Below are positions 1 through 12,183 of a stretch of 64,000 bases of DNA, in pieces (position 1 is the first letter of the stretch; each line of letters opens with the position of its first letter). The DNA lies in contig OZ024748.1 of assembly GCA_964016885.1 (NCBI GenBank), positions 30,628,001 through 30,692,000 of the forward strand, given 5' to 3'. The DNA is from Eledone cirrhosa (taxonomy: Eukaryota). Below the pieces are notes generated by a model, which was given only the letters and a program-made list of their open reading frames with translations, ran no database searches and was not told the origin of the DNA. A program made the position numbers and the translations under genes.

Positions 1-290
1 TTCACATGGGCACAGGCCAAAGCTGAAGCGCATACACAGTATATGCCCCACTCATCCTCACTGTTCAACCTCACACTGTAAAGTGGTCATGTAGGCGACA
101 CAACAAAAAGCACCCAATACTCACTGTAAATGAGGTTGGTGTTAGGAAGAGCATCCAGCTGTGGAAACCAAGCCAAAATCAGTTTTGTATGAACAAGACA
201 TGGTCACCTGACCTAGCATTGCCGACAACAGAACAACTTGTCTAACCCATGCTAGCATGTAAAAATAGATGTAAAACAGTGATGATGATG

Positions 291-489
291 ATATATATGT
301 ATGTGTATGTGTGTATATATATATATATATTATATATATATTATATACACTGTAAACGTGGTTGGTGTTAGGAAAACCTGCCAGACAGTCCTATACGAGC
401 AAGACAACCAATCTTGCCTCAAGTGGGACAATTCCTGTCTAAACCCATGCTAGCGTGGAAGATAGACGTTAAACGATGATGATGATGAT

Positions 490-532
<43 letters not shown>

Positions 533-557
533 ATATATTATATATATATATATATAT

Positions 558-591
<34 letters not shown>

Positions 592-835
592 ATATAATAT
601 ATATATATTATATATATATATATAATATATATATATTATATATATATATATATATTATATAAATATATATCCTAGAAACGATCGTAAAATGATGAATTTT
701 TTAATATAAGGAACTGTTTCTTTGTTTTTATTCATTATTTTTATTAATTTATATATATATATATTATATATATATATATTATATATATCTATATATATTA
801 TATATATATATATATTATATATATATATATATATT
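291..835. repeat. (TA)n microsatellite field with RTE-tailed SINE fragments; similar tracts at 43450, 49330 and 50380
   Basis: Direct inspection. Confidence 0.9.
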
Positions 836-1749
836 TATTAAAATAACAGATTAAAGTTTAAGCAAACAATCGCTGCTTTCACCCTTAACGGGATTTTCTG
901 AAACTAAAAGAATCAATCTGTGAACACAGAAGTAAATATTAAGAAAAACAGGAAAACAATACTTTGGTTCGTGAAGACGTTCCCTGGCAATGAACGGAAA
1001 AAAGCGAAGATAATACATCGTTATGTGGAGCGATGAGAACAATTACATGCAAAGACAAAACCACATTTAAGGTATAAATGGAGTCATTAGACTAATATTC
1101 TATTTAGGAAACCGAATGATTCTCGGCTTCAGAGTTAAGAATAATGTAAATAAATTGGTTGAACAAAAATGACAGAGGTTATTAAAATCATAAAAGTAAT
1201 AATAATTAAATATATACATACATGCATCTATATACGTACATACACGTGCACACATACATAAACCAGTGCGACACATGTACTTGCACACATACGAACGTAT
1301 ACACCAAATACACATAAAAAAATATATATGTGTGTGTATACATATAATTATATAAAGGTATATAAATATACACACATAAATACGTATATAACGCACGCAC
1401 TCACATACCTACACGTAAAAACAGATATGTTCACCAAACATACGTCAACCAAAACACAACGTACACATATACACACCTTACATACGTGCAAACACGCATA
1501 CATGCACAAACACGTAATACACATATACACATATACCAGTATATATAATATAATATATACACCTATAAAAAATACAAGCATATATACGTATGAGAAAGTA
1601 TACGTACCTTCACAAAACATATGGGTAAGGTATACTTATCTATACAAATAAGTAATGGTATAAACATAAAATATACTTAGCAACCACATCAATACGTAAA
1701 TTATCCGCGTATTGTACGTACTATCCGTTAGGGTATAATGTGGGGCTGT

Positions 1750-2095
1750 AATACAGGAAAGTTTTATGCAATTTGTGTTTACAAGCCGAAATTGCCTCAG
1801 ATTTTTTGTTTAAGATGTAATCATTGGCATAGAGTATTCCCAGGGCTTCAGTGGTGCAAAGTTTGTAAGGTCTTTTATTTCCGATATACGATCTAGCTTT
1901 AGCTAGGATCTCCCAGTGTAACCTTTATTGGGTGTGGTTGTCTTTTCGACTCCAGATATAAGCTGAAAGTGACGTCATATTCCTTCTTAAAGGATTAAAA
2001 AAAGAATGGGTGTGCATGTAAAGACGCTTCTTGAATCTATTGGCGGTTAAGGTCGAAACACTCATGTCTAGTAGGGCCTACATAGGGTTAATAGA
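1750..2095 (-). mobile_element. Penelope-like element relic (GIY-YIG endonuclease fragment)
   Basis: Minus strand reads KRLYMHTHSF...TSLSAYIW...LHWEILAKARSY...LCTTE...ILNKKSEAISACKH with stops; related copy at 46800-47100. Confidence 0.7.
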
Positions 2096-3760
2096 TGTAT
2101 ACCAATGGAATGATGGTAAACTTTAAGGAAACAAGCAAAGAAAAAAACAGGAAAAAGTGTGTTTATGTTTTTGACTCAAACGAACAAAGCAGCATATTGT
2201 TATAATGTTTCCACGTCACAGATGATGATGATGAAGGTGATGATAAAGATGGTGTTGATGATGGTGATCATGATGAACGTTATTGAATGGTTATTGTATA
2301 TCAAAATCAACCAGTCACTTTTCAACAGTGAGAATATCTCAGATCAGAATGTTATTAGGTCAATGTCAACATTGTCCAACCCACTCCATCATGGAAATCT
2401 GACATACAAATGGTGATGATGATGATCATGATGATGATGATGATCATCATCATCATCATGTTTGTGACAGTTGACACCTCTCATTTGCAAGACCATCTAG
2501 TTATTCAAGCATTATATATTTATTTATTTAATCAATTTAAATGTTCATATGGAGCTAGTAAGCCAGACTGGGGGAGGTGTCTATACCCCTTACAAAACCA
2601 TGAGAAAAAAGAAAAAAAAGAGAAGGAAAACGGGACACCATAGAAGTATATATAAGAAAAAAGGTGAAAAACAAGGACTATAAAGCAACTAAAAGTGTCT
2701 GTTGTTGAACCTTTCCCTAACCTCCATGTATTAGAAGATCTTGTTTATGGTTGGTAGATCATTGACACTATATTGCATATCCAAACTACCTAGTTGTTTT
2801 AAAGACCAGCTTCAAGATGTCCTCTCTCATGTTTCTCAGACTGGTAGTTTTTATATTGTAACAAATAGTGGCATAGAGTTTTGGGGTAGTCTGCACAATA
2901 ACATAAAGATGACCAGATGATTAAATTCTTAACTGCTATCATAGTGGAGTTGGCCCCAGTAAATTGGAATGGCTATTTCAGTGTGTCTCCCTTCTGTTCT
3001 TCTGGAATAATACTTTCTCCATTCACTGTGGTCATGGGGCAGTTTGCACCTGGTGCTTGGCATGCCAGAGAGTGTGTTCTCAGACTGGGGTAGCAATGAT
3101 ATAGGTTGTTGATCTACAATATCTGTGGACAACACACACACATACATATGTACAACCTCATACACATACATGCATACACACACACAAAAAAAGTATTTGT
3201 TTTTCTTCAACAACACTTTGCTACTTTTTCTTTGCTCTCATCCTGCTTCTTGGCTTCAAACTTTTGGTTTTCATGCAGCACTGCACAACGTGTGTCACAC
3301 ATTTGTCATTCTTGGAATTTCAATCTTTACTGCTTCATTGCCTCTGCTATTATATTGTAACTCCTCTCAATTATGCCAGACTAACTGTCTATCTATCTGT
3401 TTCTCTCTATATCTATCCTCCCACATGCCTGTTTCTCTGCCTGTCTGACTATCTGCCTCTTCTCACACATTCCTGCTACTCTGTCTGTCCATCTAGCTGC
3501 CTACCCACCCATGCACCTACCTACCTGCCCACCCAACTACCTGTTTACCACCTACCCACCCATCTATCCATCTACCTACCTATTATATTACTCAACAACA
3601 CAGTGTGTATTAGAAAATTTCAGATAAATTTAATGTAGGGATAACTGGAGTTTATAAGTCCCGCTGTGACAAATACTATTATATCAAATAGTATGATTTT
3701 ACATTTGTTTAAATATTCAGTGAGGCTTATAAACTGGTTATATCTACATTACACATGCAC

Positions 3761-3795
<35 letters not shown>

Positions 3796-4073
3796 TAAAC
3801 GGAATAGAAACGGAATGAGATAGAGTGTCCGTGTTGTTTGCTCTAGAGCAAACAGCACGGACACTCTATCTCAAAATTATTTTTGAAAAGCATTTAGAAA
3901 TGCGCAACCGGTAAAAACTTAAAAACTTAAAACCACAACTGAATACTAACCCATACAATTACTAATACTCTTTTATTCCTAATTAAACCATTTTTCAACT
4001 GTGAACAATTTGTCAGCATTTTCTATTCTGTTTACCAATATATAATAACTTGTGTGTTACACCTCTATTCTTT

Positions 4074-4117
<44 letters not shown>

Positions 4118-4646
4118 AACCAGTAAGACCCCGACGGCTGAGCTCAAGCCGTTTCAACGGCTAATTCAAATATATATATATATGTGCCTGGCACCCAGTC
4201 CACACTGTAAATGAGGTTGGTGTTAGAAAGGACATCTAGTCATAGAAACCAAACCAGAAACAGTTCTGTATGAGCAAGACATGGTCATCTGATCTGAGTT
4301 GACTCATGACAAGACAACTCGTCTAACCCATGCTAGCATGGAAAGATGGATGTTGAATGATGATGATGATAGTAATGATGCTATACTGTTGTTGTTGGAC
4401 CTTTGTCAGTTCTGACAGCTAGTGTTTCAGTTGTCTGAGCAATGGAACAGCCTGCTTGTGAAATTAATGTGTAAGTGGCTAAGCATTCTGTAGACACATA
4501 TACTATTAATCTAGTTCTCAGGGAGATTTAGTATGACACTAAGTGTGACAAGGTTGGCCTTTTGAATTACAGGTGCACATGACCTTATAATCTTGACAGG
4601 AACCCAGTGCACTAACCACCAAGCCACGTACCTTCACATGTATGCA

Positions 4647-4685
<39 letters not shown>

Positions 4686-4905
4686 TTCTCTGGTTTTATA
4701 ATTTTATAAATTTTTACCAACAGAGAGAGTCGGTTTCTAACATAGATACAAGGCTCTCTCATTGGAATTTAAATATCAACTAGGTTGATATGTCTGCATG
4801 CATGTGTGTGCAGGTATGGATGTTACTGTATGTGTGGATGTGTATGTTTTGAGTTATATGTGTGCATGTGCATATGCTTTGTATCTGTACATGTGTATAT
4901 GCAGT

Positions 4906-6865
4906 TATTAGATGCAGAATTTTTGGAATGTTTTACATATTTTTACTGTTCCATTAATGGATTGTACTTGTAACTTCCTTACTAGTTGTGTTTTTTCTGG
5001 TTCTGTAAAGCCTAGCTTCTCAAGATATGTATTGAGGCAGTTACTAACATATCCCAGTACCCCAATAACCACAGGTATAAGTCTGAAGGTGTAATCAGGG
5101 TGGAGTATCTGCAGATTCTTCATTAGTTCTGCATAAATATTCTCCTTTTCACTAATCTTTAATATTATATTGGCATCTGCTGGGCAGATAACTTCCACTA
5201 CTGTGCATGCCTTGTTTCCCCTGTCCCATATCTGGTCTTTTATGCTTGCATTTTATTGGGGTTTTGACTGGAACATTCCACCAGTATTCTTTCATATTAT
5301 GTATGTTTATGCCTTCCATATTGCTGTAACTTTTAATGTTTATTGTCAGGGCTATCTTTACTACATATTGCATTGTATAGGGCATTCACCACTACATCAT
5401 GCCTCATAGGTAGATAGTACCTTGATGACATCTTTGGAGAGCTGCTTATGACATGGGTGACATCTCCAATGTTAATTCTGCAGAGTCTGCATTTGTTGTC
5501 ACATCTAGGTCTTTTGCCTCCATCCCTATCTCTTTTGTGAATCAAATATTTTGGATTGCAAAAGTATATCCTTCAAAGTTAGAGCCAATATAGTGGTCGT
5601 TGGTCCAAGACAGACTACTTTGCTTATCTATATTACTCTCACTCTGGAGCTTCCTGGTAACATTATCCATGCATGATTTTTTGCTGATAAGCATGCAGTT
5701 TTTCATCCATCGATTTGTTGCATTATTGCTAGTTAATTTCTCTTGGTGTGAGTTTTTTTATTATCATGCAGGGAGTATCTTTCAAGGAGTTCCTTCCAAA
5801 CTCTTATGATCTTATCTGTCTCATGCAGACAGATTTGCTCAATAGATGGGCTCCTATGCTTGGAGGTTTGTAGATGTTGGAGCAATATGATGCAACATTC
5901 AAATGCTGTCTGGACTAATGTTAGGCCTCTGCCACCCTGCTTACGTTTCCGTTTCAAGTAGAGGCGGTCTATATCATTATTGATGTGGAAGTTTCCGGTG
6001 ATTTTAGGATTTTTCGGGCTTTAATATCAATAGCTCAATTTAATCTATCCTCCAATTGAGCATTTCAAATGTTGGTATTAGCTCAGGCACAGTTTTATTG
6101 TGTGCAGAGAGTTTCAATGACCATATTTTTCTTAATTGGGTGTTATATTGCCTGATTATGCATCCCTTGTTACAGATACCATCATAGGATATATTCTCAT
6201 CTATCCCCAGGTATCTGTAGCAGTCCGTGTCAGATATTGGTGAAACAGTTAGGCCATTGATGACAATGTTGCTAGATTGGGTTGTAATTTTTCTCTGCTT
6301 TACAATCATATATGGACATTTATCCTTGCCAAATTCCATTCCTATATCCTTTGAGAACGTTGTAACCAGGTCAAAATATTTCTTCATCCTATTTATGTTC
6401 TTGGCATAGAGTTTCAGGTCATCCACAAAGAAATTATGGGTTAAATTCGTATTTCTGTCCTCCTGTGAGCTAATGATGTATCCTTCACATTTCTTGAGCA
6501 GAAAGGACAAGGGGTTTAATGAAAGGCTTAAATAGTAGCACAGAAATATACCACTGATATTTTATTTTATCAGTGAAAATAGAGTCGTCCTCTTCCTCTG
6601 TTTTTAACTTTAGGATAGTAACCCAAGAAGAAGATAGCTTCTCTATGGCTCTGATAATAGTATCTGGGACTTTAGCAAGTCAGAGAGCCTCTATCATCCA
6701 AGAATAGGGAACAGAATCAAATGCTTTCCTTTAGTCCAACCAGACTGTAACCATATTCCTCCTAAGTTGTCACACCTCTGGCATTGCAGTTTTGTTAATT
6801 AGGAGTTGTTCAGCACACACCCAAATACCTTTCTTTCATTCTGCTTGTTCATCTGGGATGATGTC
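4906..6865 (-). mobile_element. Degraded R4/Dong-clade non-LTR retrotransposon, 3' part (RT + CCHC + restriction-like endonuclease)
   Basis: ORF fragments FVDDLKLYA, YRYLG, CRLC...H..S...RHD, KRPD, EVICPAD.NI..K..EK..Y, IPVVIGVLG. Confidence 0.85.
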
Positions 6866-6869
6866 ATTA

Positions 6870-7271
6870 TATAACGGGTTTTAGGGTCAATTCTTGGTAT
6901 ACATAATAGAAATCAGAAGGCATTTAGAACATTGACTAAATCCATTATCGATGTTGTAACTCTATTTATTAGTCGTACATGTTGAACGGATACATTAGGT
7001 ACAGGTCGTATCTACATGTGTAGGATGTAGTTTGGTCCGCTTCATTGCAAGATGGAGATGTTGTTAGCAGCGATGAGTGTAGCCTGGTCTTGTCGATAAG
7101 AGAGGTGCGTGTAGACTAATGTCTCTCTTGGTCACCTCCGCTCACCTGGTGACGTAGTTCTGGACAGTCCAATTAGTGCACCGAAGGTTTCGATTGGCTC
7201 ACACTTCAGCCAACTTACCTCCGTAATACCATTCCGCCGCAGAAGGAAAATACATTTCATTCACTGCTACA
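6870..7271 (-). repeat. 3' LTR (402 bp)
   Basis: Direct repeat of 12184-12214 plus ~13295-13665; minus strand TGTAGC...GTTATA; AATAAA on minus near 6965. Confidence 0.96.
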
Positions 7272-7284
7272 TCACCCCCTGCTT
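7272..7284 (-). promoter_or_regulatory. Polypurine tract
   Basis: Minus strand AAGCAGGGGGTGA abutting the 3' LTR. Confidence 0.85.
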
Positions 7285-7493
7285 AGGCTTACAGCCGACA
7301 GAGAAATAAGGGTAGCAGTTGAATGAAAGAAAAAGTACTATATAATAGTAAACACAATAAAATATATCACTGATAAAGAAATGTTCATATTACAGGAAAG
7401 TCAGAAATAGTGTAATGTTCACCTTAGTTCATACATTTAATACAAATACAAGGGCGGAGCAAACTCCAAGAAGATTGCTGTAAATAACATAGT

Positions 7494-9290
7494 TCATATA
7501 TAAAGAGTCTTGCAAAGCTTCTTGGGCCAATGTACTCGCCGACCGCTACGTGTGGTGGTGACATATGTAGGTGTAGGTGTGTGCGATGTTATATGTGTAT
7601 TGTGGCTTGGCTGATGCCAGGTGTATGTGGGGGGAAAATGGGGCTCTTGTGTGAGAGTGTCTGTATAGGCCCGTTTTACCCTGTCAATGGACACAGTCTC
7701 TTTTTTACCCCCAATGTCTAGGGTGAATAGCTTATCTGTGCGCTCAAGCACGCGATAGGGACCGGTATAAGGTGGCATGAGAGGAGCTCTCACGGCGTCC
7801 TTTCGTAAAAAGACGTGGGTCCATGAAGCAATGTCTTTCGGGACCGAAGCTTTGATTGTCTGTTGGCGAGGGTGCATAGGCGGAAGATTGCTGAAATATG
7901 ACTGCAGTCTGCTCACATACAGAGCTGGGTCTGTTGCTGGTAGGTCCAATGGAGCTAACATCTGACCAGGCAGAGATATAGGCACTCCGTAAACCAACTC
8001 GGCGGGGGAGTAGCCTAGATCTTCCTTGATGGCTGCACGACAGCCCAGGAGGACAATTGGTACATATTCGCTCCACCGCTGCTGATCCGGATAAGCGCGC
8101 AGTGCGGCTTTCAATTGGCGGTGGAAGCGTTCAATCATTCCGTTAGAAGCTGGATGGTAGCTGGTCGTTCGAATGCGTTGCATTCCCAGGATCCTTGAAA
8201 GCTCTCGGAAAAGGTGTGACTCAAATTGTCCACCGCGGTCAGTGGTGATAGTGGCTGGAACTCCGTAACGCGATATCCAACCCGATACTAGGGCTCGCGC
8301 CACAGATTCCGCCGAAATGTCACTTAAAGGAATGGCCTCAGGCCAACGTGTGAAGCGATCTATGCAGGTCAGGAGGTATGTAAATCCTCGGCTGACCGGC
8401 CATGGTCCGACAAGATCTATATGGACATGGCTGAACCTAGCGTCTGGAGTGCTGAAAGTTCCAAGGGGTGCGCAGATGTGTTTGTGCACCTTTGACTTTT
8501 GGCAGGATAGGCAGGAACGTGTCCAGGCAGTGATGTCACGCCTCATATTAGGCCAGAAGAATCTAGCCGAAATGAGCTTCACTGTGGTCGATATTCCAGG
8601 GTGTGCCAGACCGTGCAGGGTGTCGAAAACTGCTCGACGATGAGTCACTGGCACTAGAGGGCGAGGTGCATCTGTCGAGGTGTCGCAGATAATCTGTGTG
8701 TCCGAAGTGGGCACAGGCAGATATGCAAATTTGCCAGTTGCAAATTCAGAAGACGAGAGGTCCAAAGTATCCAGAGGTGGTTGTTCCGTGGCCATTCGTT
8801 GGAGGTCGATTTCCGCTGGCGATGACAGGGAATTAATTGGGAGGCGAGACAGTGCATCTGCCGCCGCATTCTGTTCACCAGAGATGTGTCGGATATCGCT
8901 GGTAAATTGCGAAACGAAGTCCAAGTGGCGAGTTTCGCGAGGTGAATATTTGTCCGGCTTAGAACGCAGTGCGAACGTAAGCGGACGGTGGTCAGTGTAT
9001 ATAACAAATTGGCGACCCTCCAGTGAATGCCGAAAGTGTTTCACTGCAAGGTACATAGCCAAAAGTTCACGGCCGAATGTGCTATACCGTGTTTCTGCAG
9101 GCTTCAGCTGTTTAGAAAAGTAGGCAAGAGGTTGTAACTGTTGTTGGTGATGTTGTTGCAGTACTGCACCTACAGCTGTGCCTGATGCATCAACAACCAG
9201 TGAAAACTGGGCACCAGACACAGGATGTGCAAGCAGTGATGTCTCCGCAAGCTTCCGCTTCACTTCGTCGAAGGCTTTTAGCTGACTCGT
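7494..9290 (-). CDS. pol: Gypsy pol, RNase H + integrase (separated from RT by a frameshift)
   Basis: VDAS...[24 protein letters not shown] zinc finger, [25 protein letters not shown]. Confidence 0.93.
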   Translation of the reverse strand, partial: TSQLKAFDEVKRKLAETSLLAHPVSGAQFSLVVDASGTAVGAVLQQHHQQQLQPLAYFSKQLKPAETRYSTFGRELLAMYLAVKHFRHSLEGRQFVIYTDHRPLTFALRSKPDKYSPRETRHLDFVSQFTSDIRHISGEQNAAADALSRLPINSLSSPAEIDLQRMATEQPPLDTLDLSSSEFATGKFAYLPVPTSDTQIICDTSTDAPRPLVPVTHRRAVFDTLHGLAHPGISTTVKLISARFFWPNMRRDITAWTRSCLSCQKSKVHKHICAPLGTFSTPDARFSHVHIDLVGPWPVSRGFTYLLTCIDRFTRWPEAIPLSDISAESVARALVSGWISRYGVPATITTDRGGQFESHLFRELSRILGMQRIRTTSYHPASNGMIERFHRQLKAALRAYPDQQRWSEYVPIVLLGCRAAIKEDLGYSPAELVYGVPISLPGQMLAPLDLPATDPALYVSRLQSYFSNLPPMHPRQQTIKASVPKDIASWTHVFLRKDAVRAPLMPPYTGPYRVLERTDKLFTLDIGGKKETVSIDRVKRAYTDTLTQEPHFPPTYTWHQPSHNTHITSHTPTPTYVTTTRSGRRVHWPKKLCKTLYI

Positions 9291-10635
9291 TCTTCTTTTT
9301 CCTGTTACGTAACAGGTCGGACAGAGGAGACAGGAGATCCGCACAGTGTGGGATAAAGCGCCTGTAATAGTTCAGTAGCCCAAGGAAATGTCGTAGTTGA
9401 CGAAGTGAAGTGGGTGGTTGGAGGTCTTGTACCGCTTTCACTTTATCAGGTAGTGGCGAAATTCCTTCTGGGCTGATGACATGGCCCAAGAAGACAAGTG
9501 AGGAAGCACCGAAAACACATTTTGCCGGATTAATTCTCACTTGGTATTTTTGAAATCTCTCGAACAGGAGACGGAGGTGATTGACATGTTCCTCAGGTGA
9601 GGCACTTGCCACAAGAATGTCGTCGATGTAGTTGTACACGAAGTCTAAATCGCGCACAACTTCATCCATAAATCGTTGGAACGTGCTGGCTGCGTTTCGC
9701 AAACCGAAAGGCATGGTCAAAAATTCAAACGCTCCAAATGGAGTTGTTACTGCAGTTTTAGGTATGTCTGCCGGGCTCACTGGGATTTGGTGGTATGCTT
9801 TGACCAAATCCAATTTGGAGAATATGTTGCATCCATGCAGCGAAGATGCAAAATCCTGTATGTGTGGTATCGGGTAGCGGTCGGGTACCGTCATTGCATT
9901 TAACCGGCGAAAGTCCCCAGTAGGACGCCAATCACCGGAACGCTTTGGTACCAAATGCAAGGGTGCGGTCCACGGGCTTGAGGATGGGCGAATGATCCCG
10001 AGCTGCAGCATGTGATTGAATTCAGCCTTTGCAGCCTTCAGTTTCTCAGCAGAGAGACGGCGAGGGCGCGAAAACACAGGAGCGCCGGATGTTTCAATGT
10101 GGTGCTTGGTGGAGTGAGTAGGCTCACTCATCACAAAATTCAAATTTGTTAATTCCGGGAAGGAATGCAAAAGTGATTGGTAAGGATCTTCTGTAGCAGC
10201 GATAAAGAAGACCGGGCTGACCGACGAGACAGTCGATCTGGTACCCGGCACAGACGGTTCTGTGTTGGCATCCAACAACCGGCGTCTGCGCATATCCACT
10301 ATCAAGTTATAGTGGTGCAGGAAATCTGAGCCTAGGATGGGGTAAGGCAGATCAGCAAAAGTGAAGATCCACGTGAAATCTCTACGCAATTCCAGGTTCA
10401 AAGAACGAGAAATCTGACCGTACGTGGGGATCGGTGACTGGTTTACTGCTTGCAGAGAGACGGTTGAGAGTTGGGGCTTCTCTTTGAGAAGTTTTAGCGG
10501 CCAAATGCTACAAGCCGCGCCGGTGTCGATCAGACAACGTGCTTGCGACTCAGTGTCTGTGATGAAAAACACACGGTTATTAGGGAGGGTCAGAGGAGAC
10601 TGTGCCGTGCTCAGGTCTCCTGAAATCTGTTTCCC
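9285..10635 (-). CDS. pol: Gypsy pol, protease + reverse transcriptase
   Basis: [39 protein letters not shown]. Confidence 0.95.
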
Positions 10636-11519
10636 TGGTCCGAAAATGTACAAGGCTGTTTACAGGAGCGTGCTGCTGCGCCAAAACGGCTGTGGTAGTA
10701 ACACAAACCTGAACTGCCTGTGTGACGGCGTCGTGGCGAGGGTGAACGGCTCTGGAAACGGCGTCTGGGCGAATGAGCCCTGTGAGTGCTTAGTTTTCTC
10801 ACTTCCTTGGTTAGCTGCTCTATTGCTTGCAGCATTGCTGCATTTGCAAGTGACTGGTCGGTATAACTGGCAGCCGCTGGAGTGAAGGAAGCGACCGCAG
10901 TCGGCGGCTGGGATGCATTGAAGGAGACAGGAGCGAACGGATTGACCGCAGCCGGTGGCTGGGGTGCCTGGAAGGAGGCAGGAGAGAACGGATTGACCGC
11001 AGCCGGTGGCTGAGGTGCCTGGAAGGGGGCAAATGAGGCTGGGTGTCCGATGACACTCATAACCCTGTCGGCCGAAGCCGCTAGCTGGTCGACAGGAGCA
11101 GCCTCCATCATGGGCGCTAAGATCGCCTGAACTCCGGGGGGTAGCCTTGAGACAAAAAGCTGTCTAAGGAGGGCACTGTCAGCTGGGGCATCTTCCGCCA
11201 GCTCTCTCATCCGACGCAGTAGTTGTGTGGGCGTCCGATCACCCAAATGTTCGTCATTGACGAGCGTCTGAAATTTTTTTTCTGCGGACAATGTGGTCCG
11301 CCGCAACACTTTGAGCTTCACGCTCTCATAGGTGGCCCCAGGGCGAGGATCTGTAATTAAGTCTTTGACGACCGACGTCAATGACGCTGGAAAAGCGCTT
11401 AACAGGAGATTTAACTGTCTGTGGTCACTGGTGATGTTATTCGCTGTGAAATGTGCTTCTATCTGGGCGAACCAGACAGTGACGTCACCGGTAAACGGTG
11501 GCAATGAAGTGCTACCCAT
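10611..11519 (-). CDS. gag: Gypsy gag with C-terminal Cys/His knuckle and an internal 51-bp repeat
   Basis: LPPF...[40 protein letters not shown]; [13 protein letters not shown] repeated. Confidence 0.9.
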   Translation of the reverse strand: MGSTSLPPFTGDVTVWFAQIEAHFTANNITSDHRQLNLLLSAFPASLTSVVKDLITDPRPGATYESVKLKVLRRTTLSAEKKFQTLVNDEHLGDRTPTQLLRRMRELAEDAPADSALLRQLFVSRLPPGVQAILAPMMEAAPVDQLAASADRVMSVIGHPASFAPFQAPQPPAAVNPFSPASFQAPQPPAAVNPFAPVSFNASQPPTAVASFTPAAASYTDQSLANAAMLQAIEQLTKEVRKLSTHRAHSPRRRFQSRSPSPRRRHTGSSGLCYYHSRFGAAARSCKQPCTFSDQGNRFQET

Positions 11520-12163
11520 TGTGTATACTGATGTAAAAGCAAAGGGCAAAGAAAGGACAACTCTGCACTTGTCACCGAGACAAAAGTGAAAATTCAGGCC
11601 AAGAAAAAATATAATCCGAGTGAAAGACAGAAAAAGAAAAATATATCAAAAACAATGTTGGAGGGAAAAACGTCAAGCTTTAAAAAAAAAATTATGATTT
11701 ATCTTTGTCCTATTTTTTTTTTTTTTTTTTTTTTTGTGTACTTTTCAAAATGGCGTTGCCTCCGTCATTTTGGCGGGAAAACAGCTGAAGAAGACGGAAG
11801 TCGGCCATCTTGCTCTGACTGGCTATCAGCACCAACAGTTTTTTTTTTTTTTTTTTATAGCGTCGCCCAATCAGAAATTGAGAGGAAAAAATAAGATTTT
11901 TGTATTAACGCATGTGTTCGGTGATGTTAGAAAGTGAAGGTGTGATGTGCAGATTTAGTAACAATAAGACAATATATCAAATACATATTAGGACTCAAGC
12001 TAATCGCGTACATACCCCGAGAAAAGGCGAGTGGCTTTGTTTTTTTTTGGGGGGGGGGATGCGAAATGTTGATGTGTTCGTTGCAACGGAAAGATGTGGT
12101 TTCTTCTGTGTTGATGTCCTTAAACGTTCGGGTCACCATTTATAATGTGATTTGTTGTATCGT

Positions 12164-12181
12164 ATCACGTCGGGGTCACCA
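12164..12181 (-). promoter_or_regulatory. Primer binding site complementary to the tRNA-Trp 3' end
   Basis: Minus strand TGGTGACCCCGACGTGAT, 2 nt after the 5' LTR. Confidence 0.9.
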
Positions 12182-12183
12182 TT

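Noticed and set aside
2690-3115. Possible LINE RT fragment or upstream host exon (QPISLL on the minus strand)
   Set aside because: Too degraded to assign from sequence alone
8317-10885. Plus-strand ORFs overlapping Gypsy pol, and antisense ORFs over the RTE copies
   Set aside because: Shadow ORFs opposite genuine coding frames
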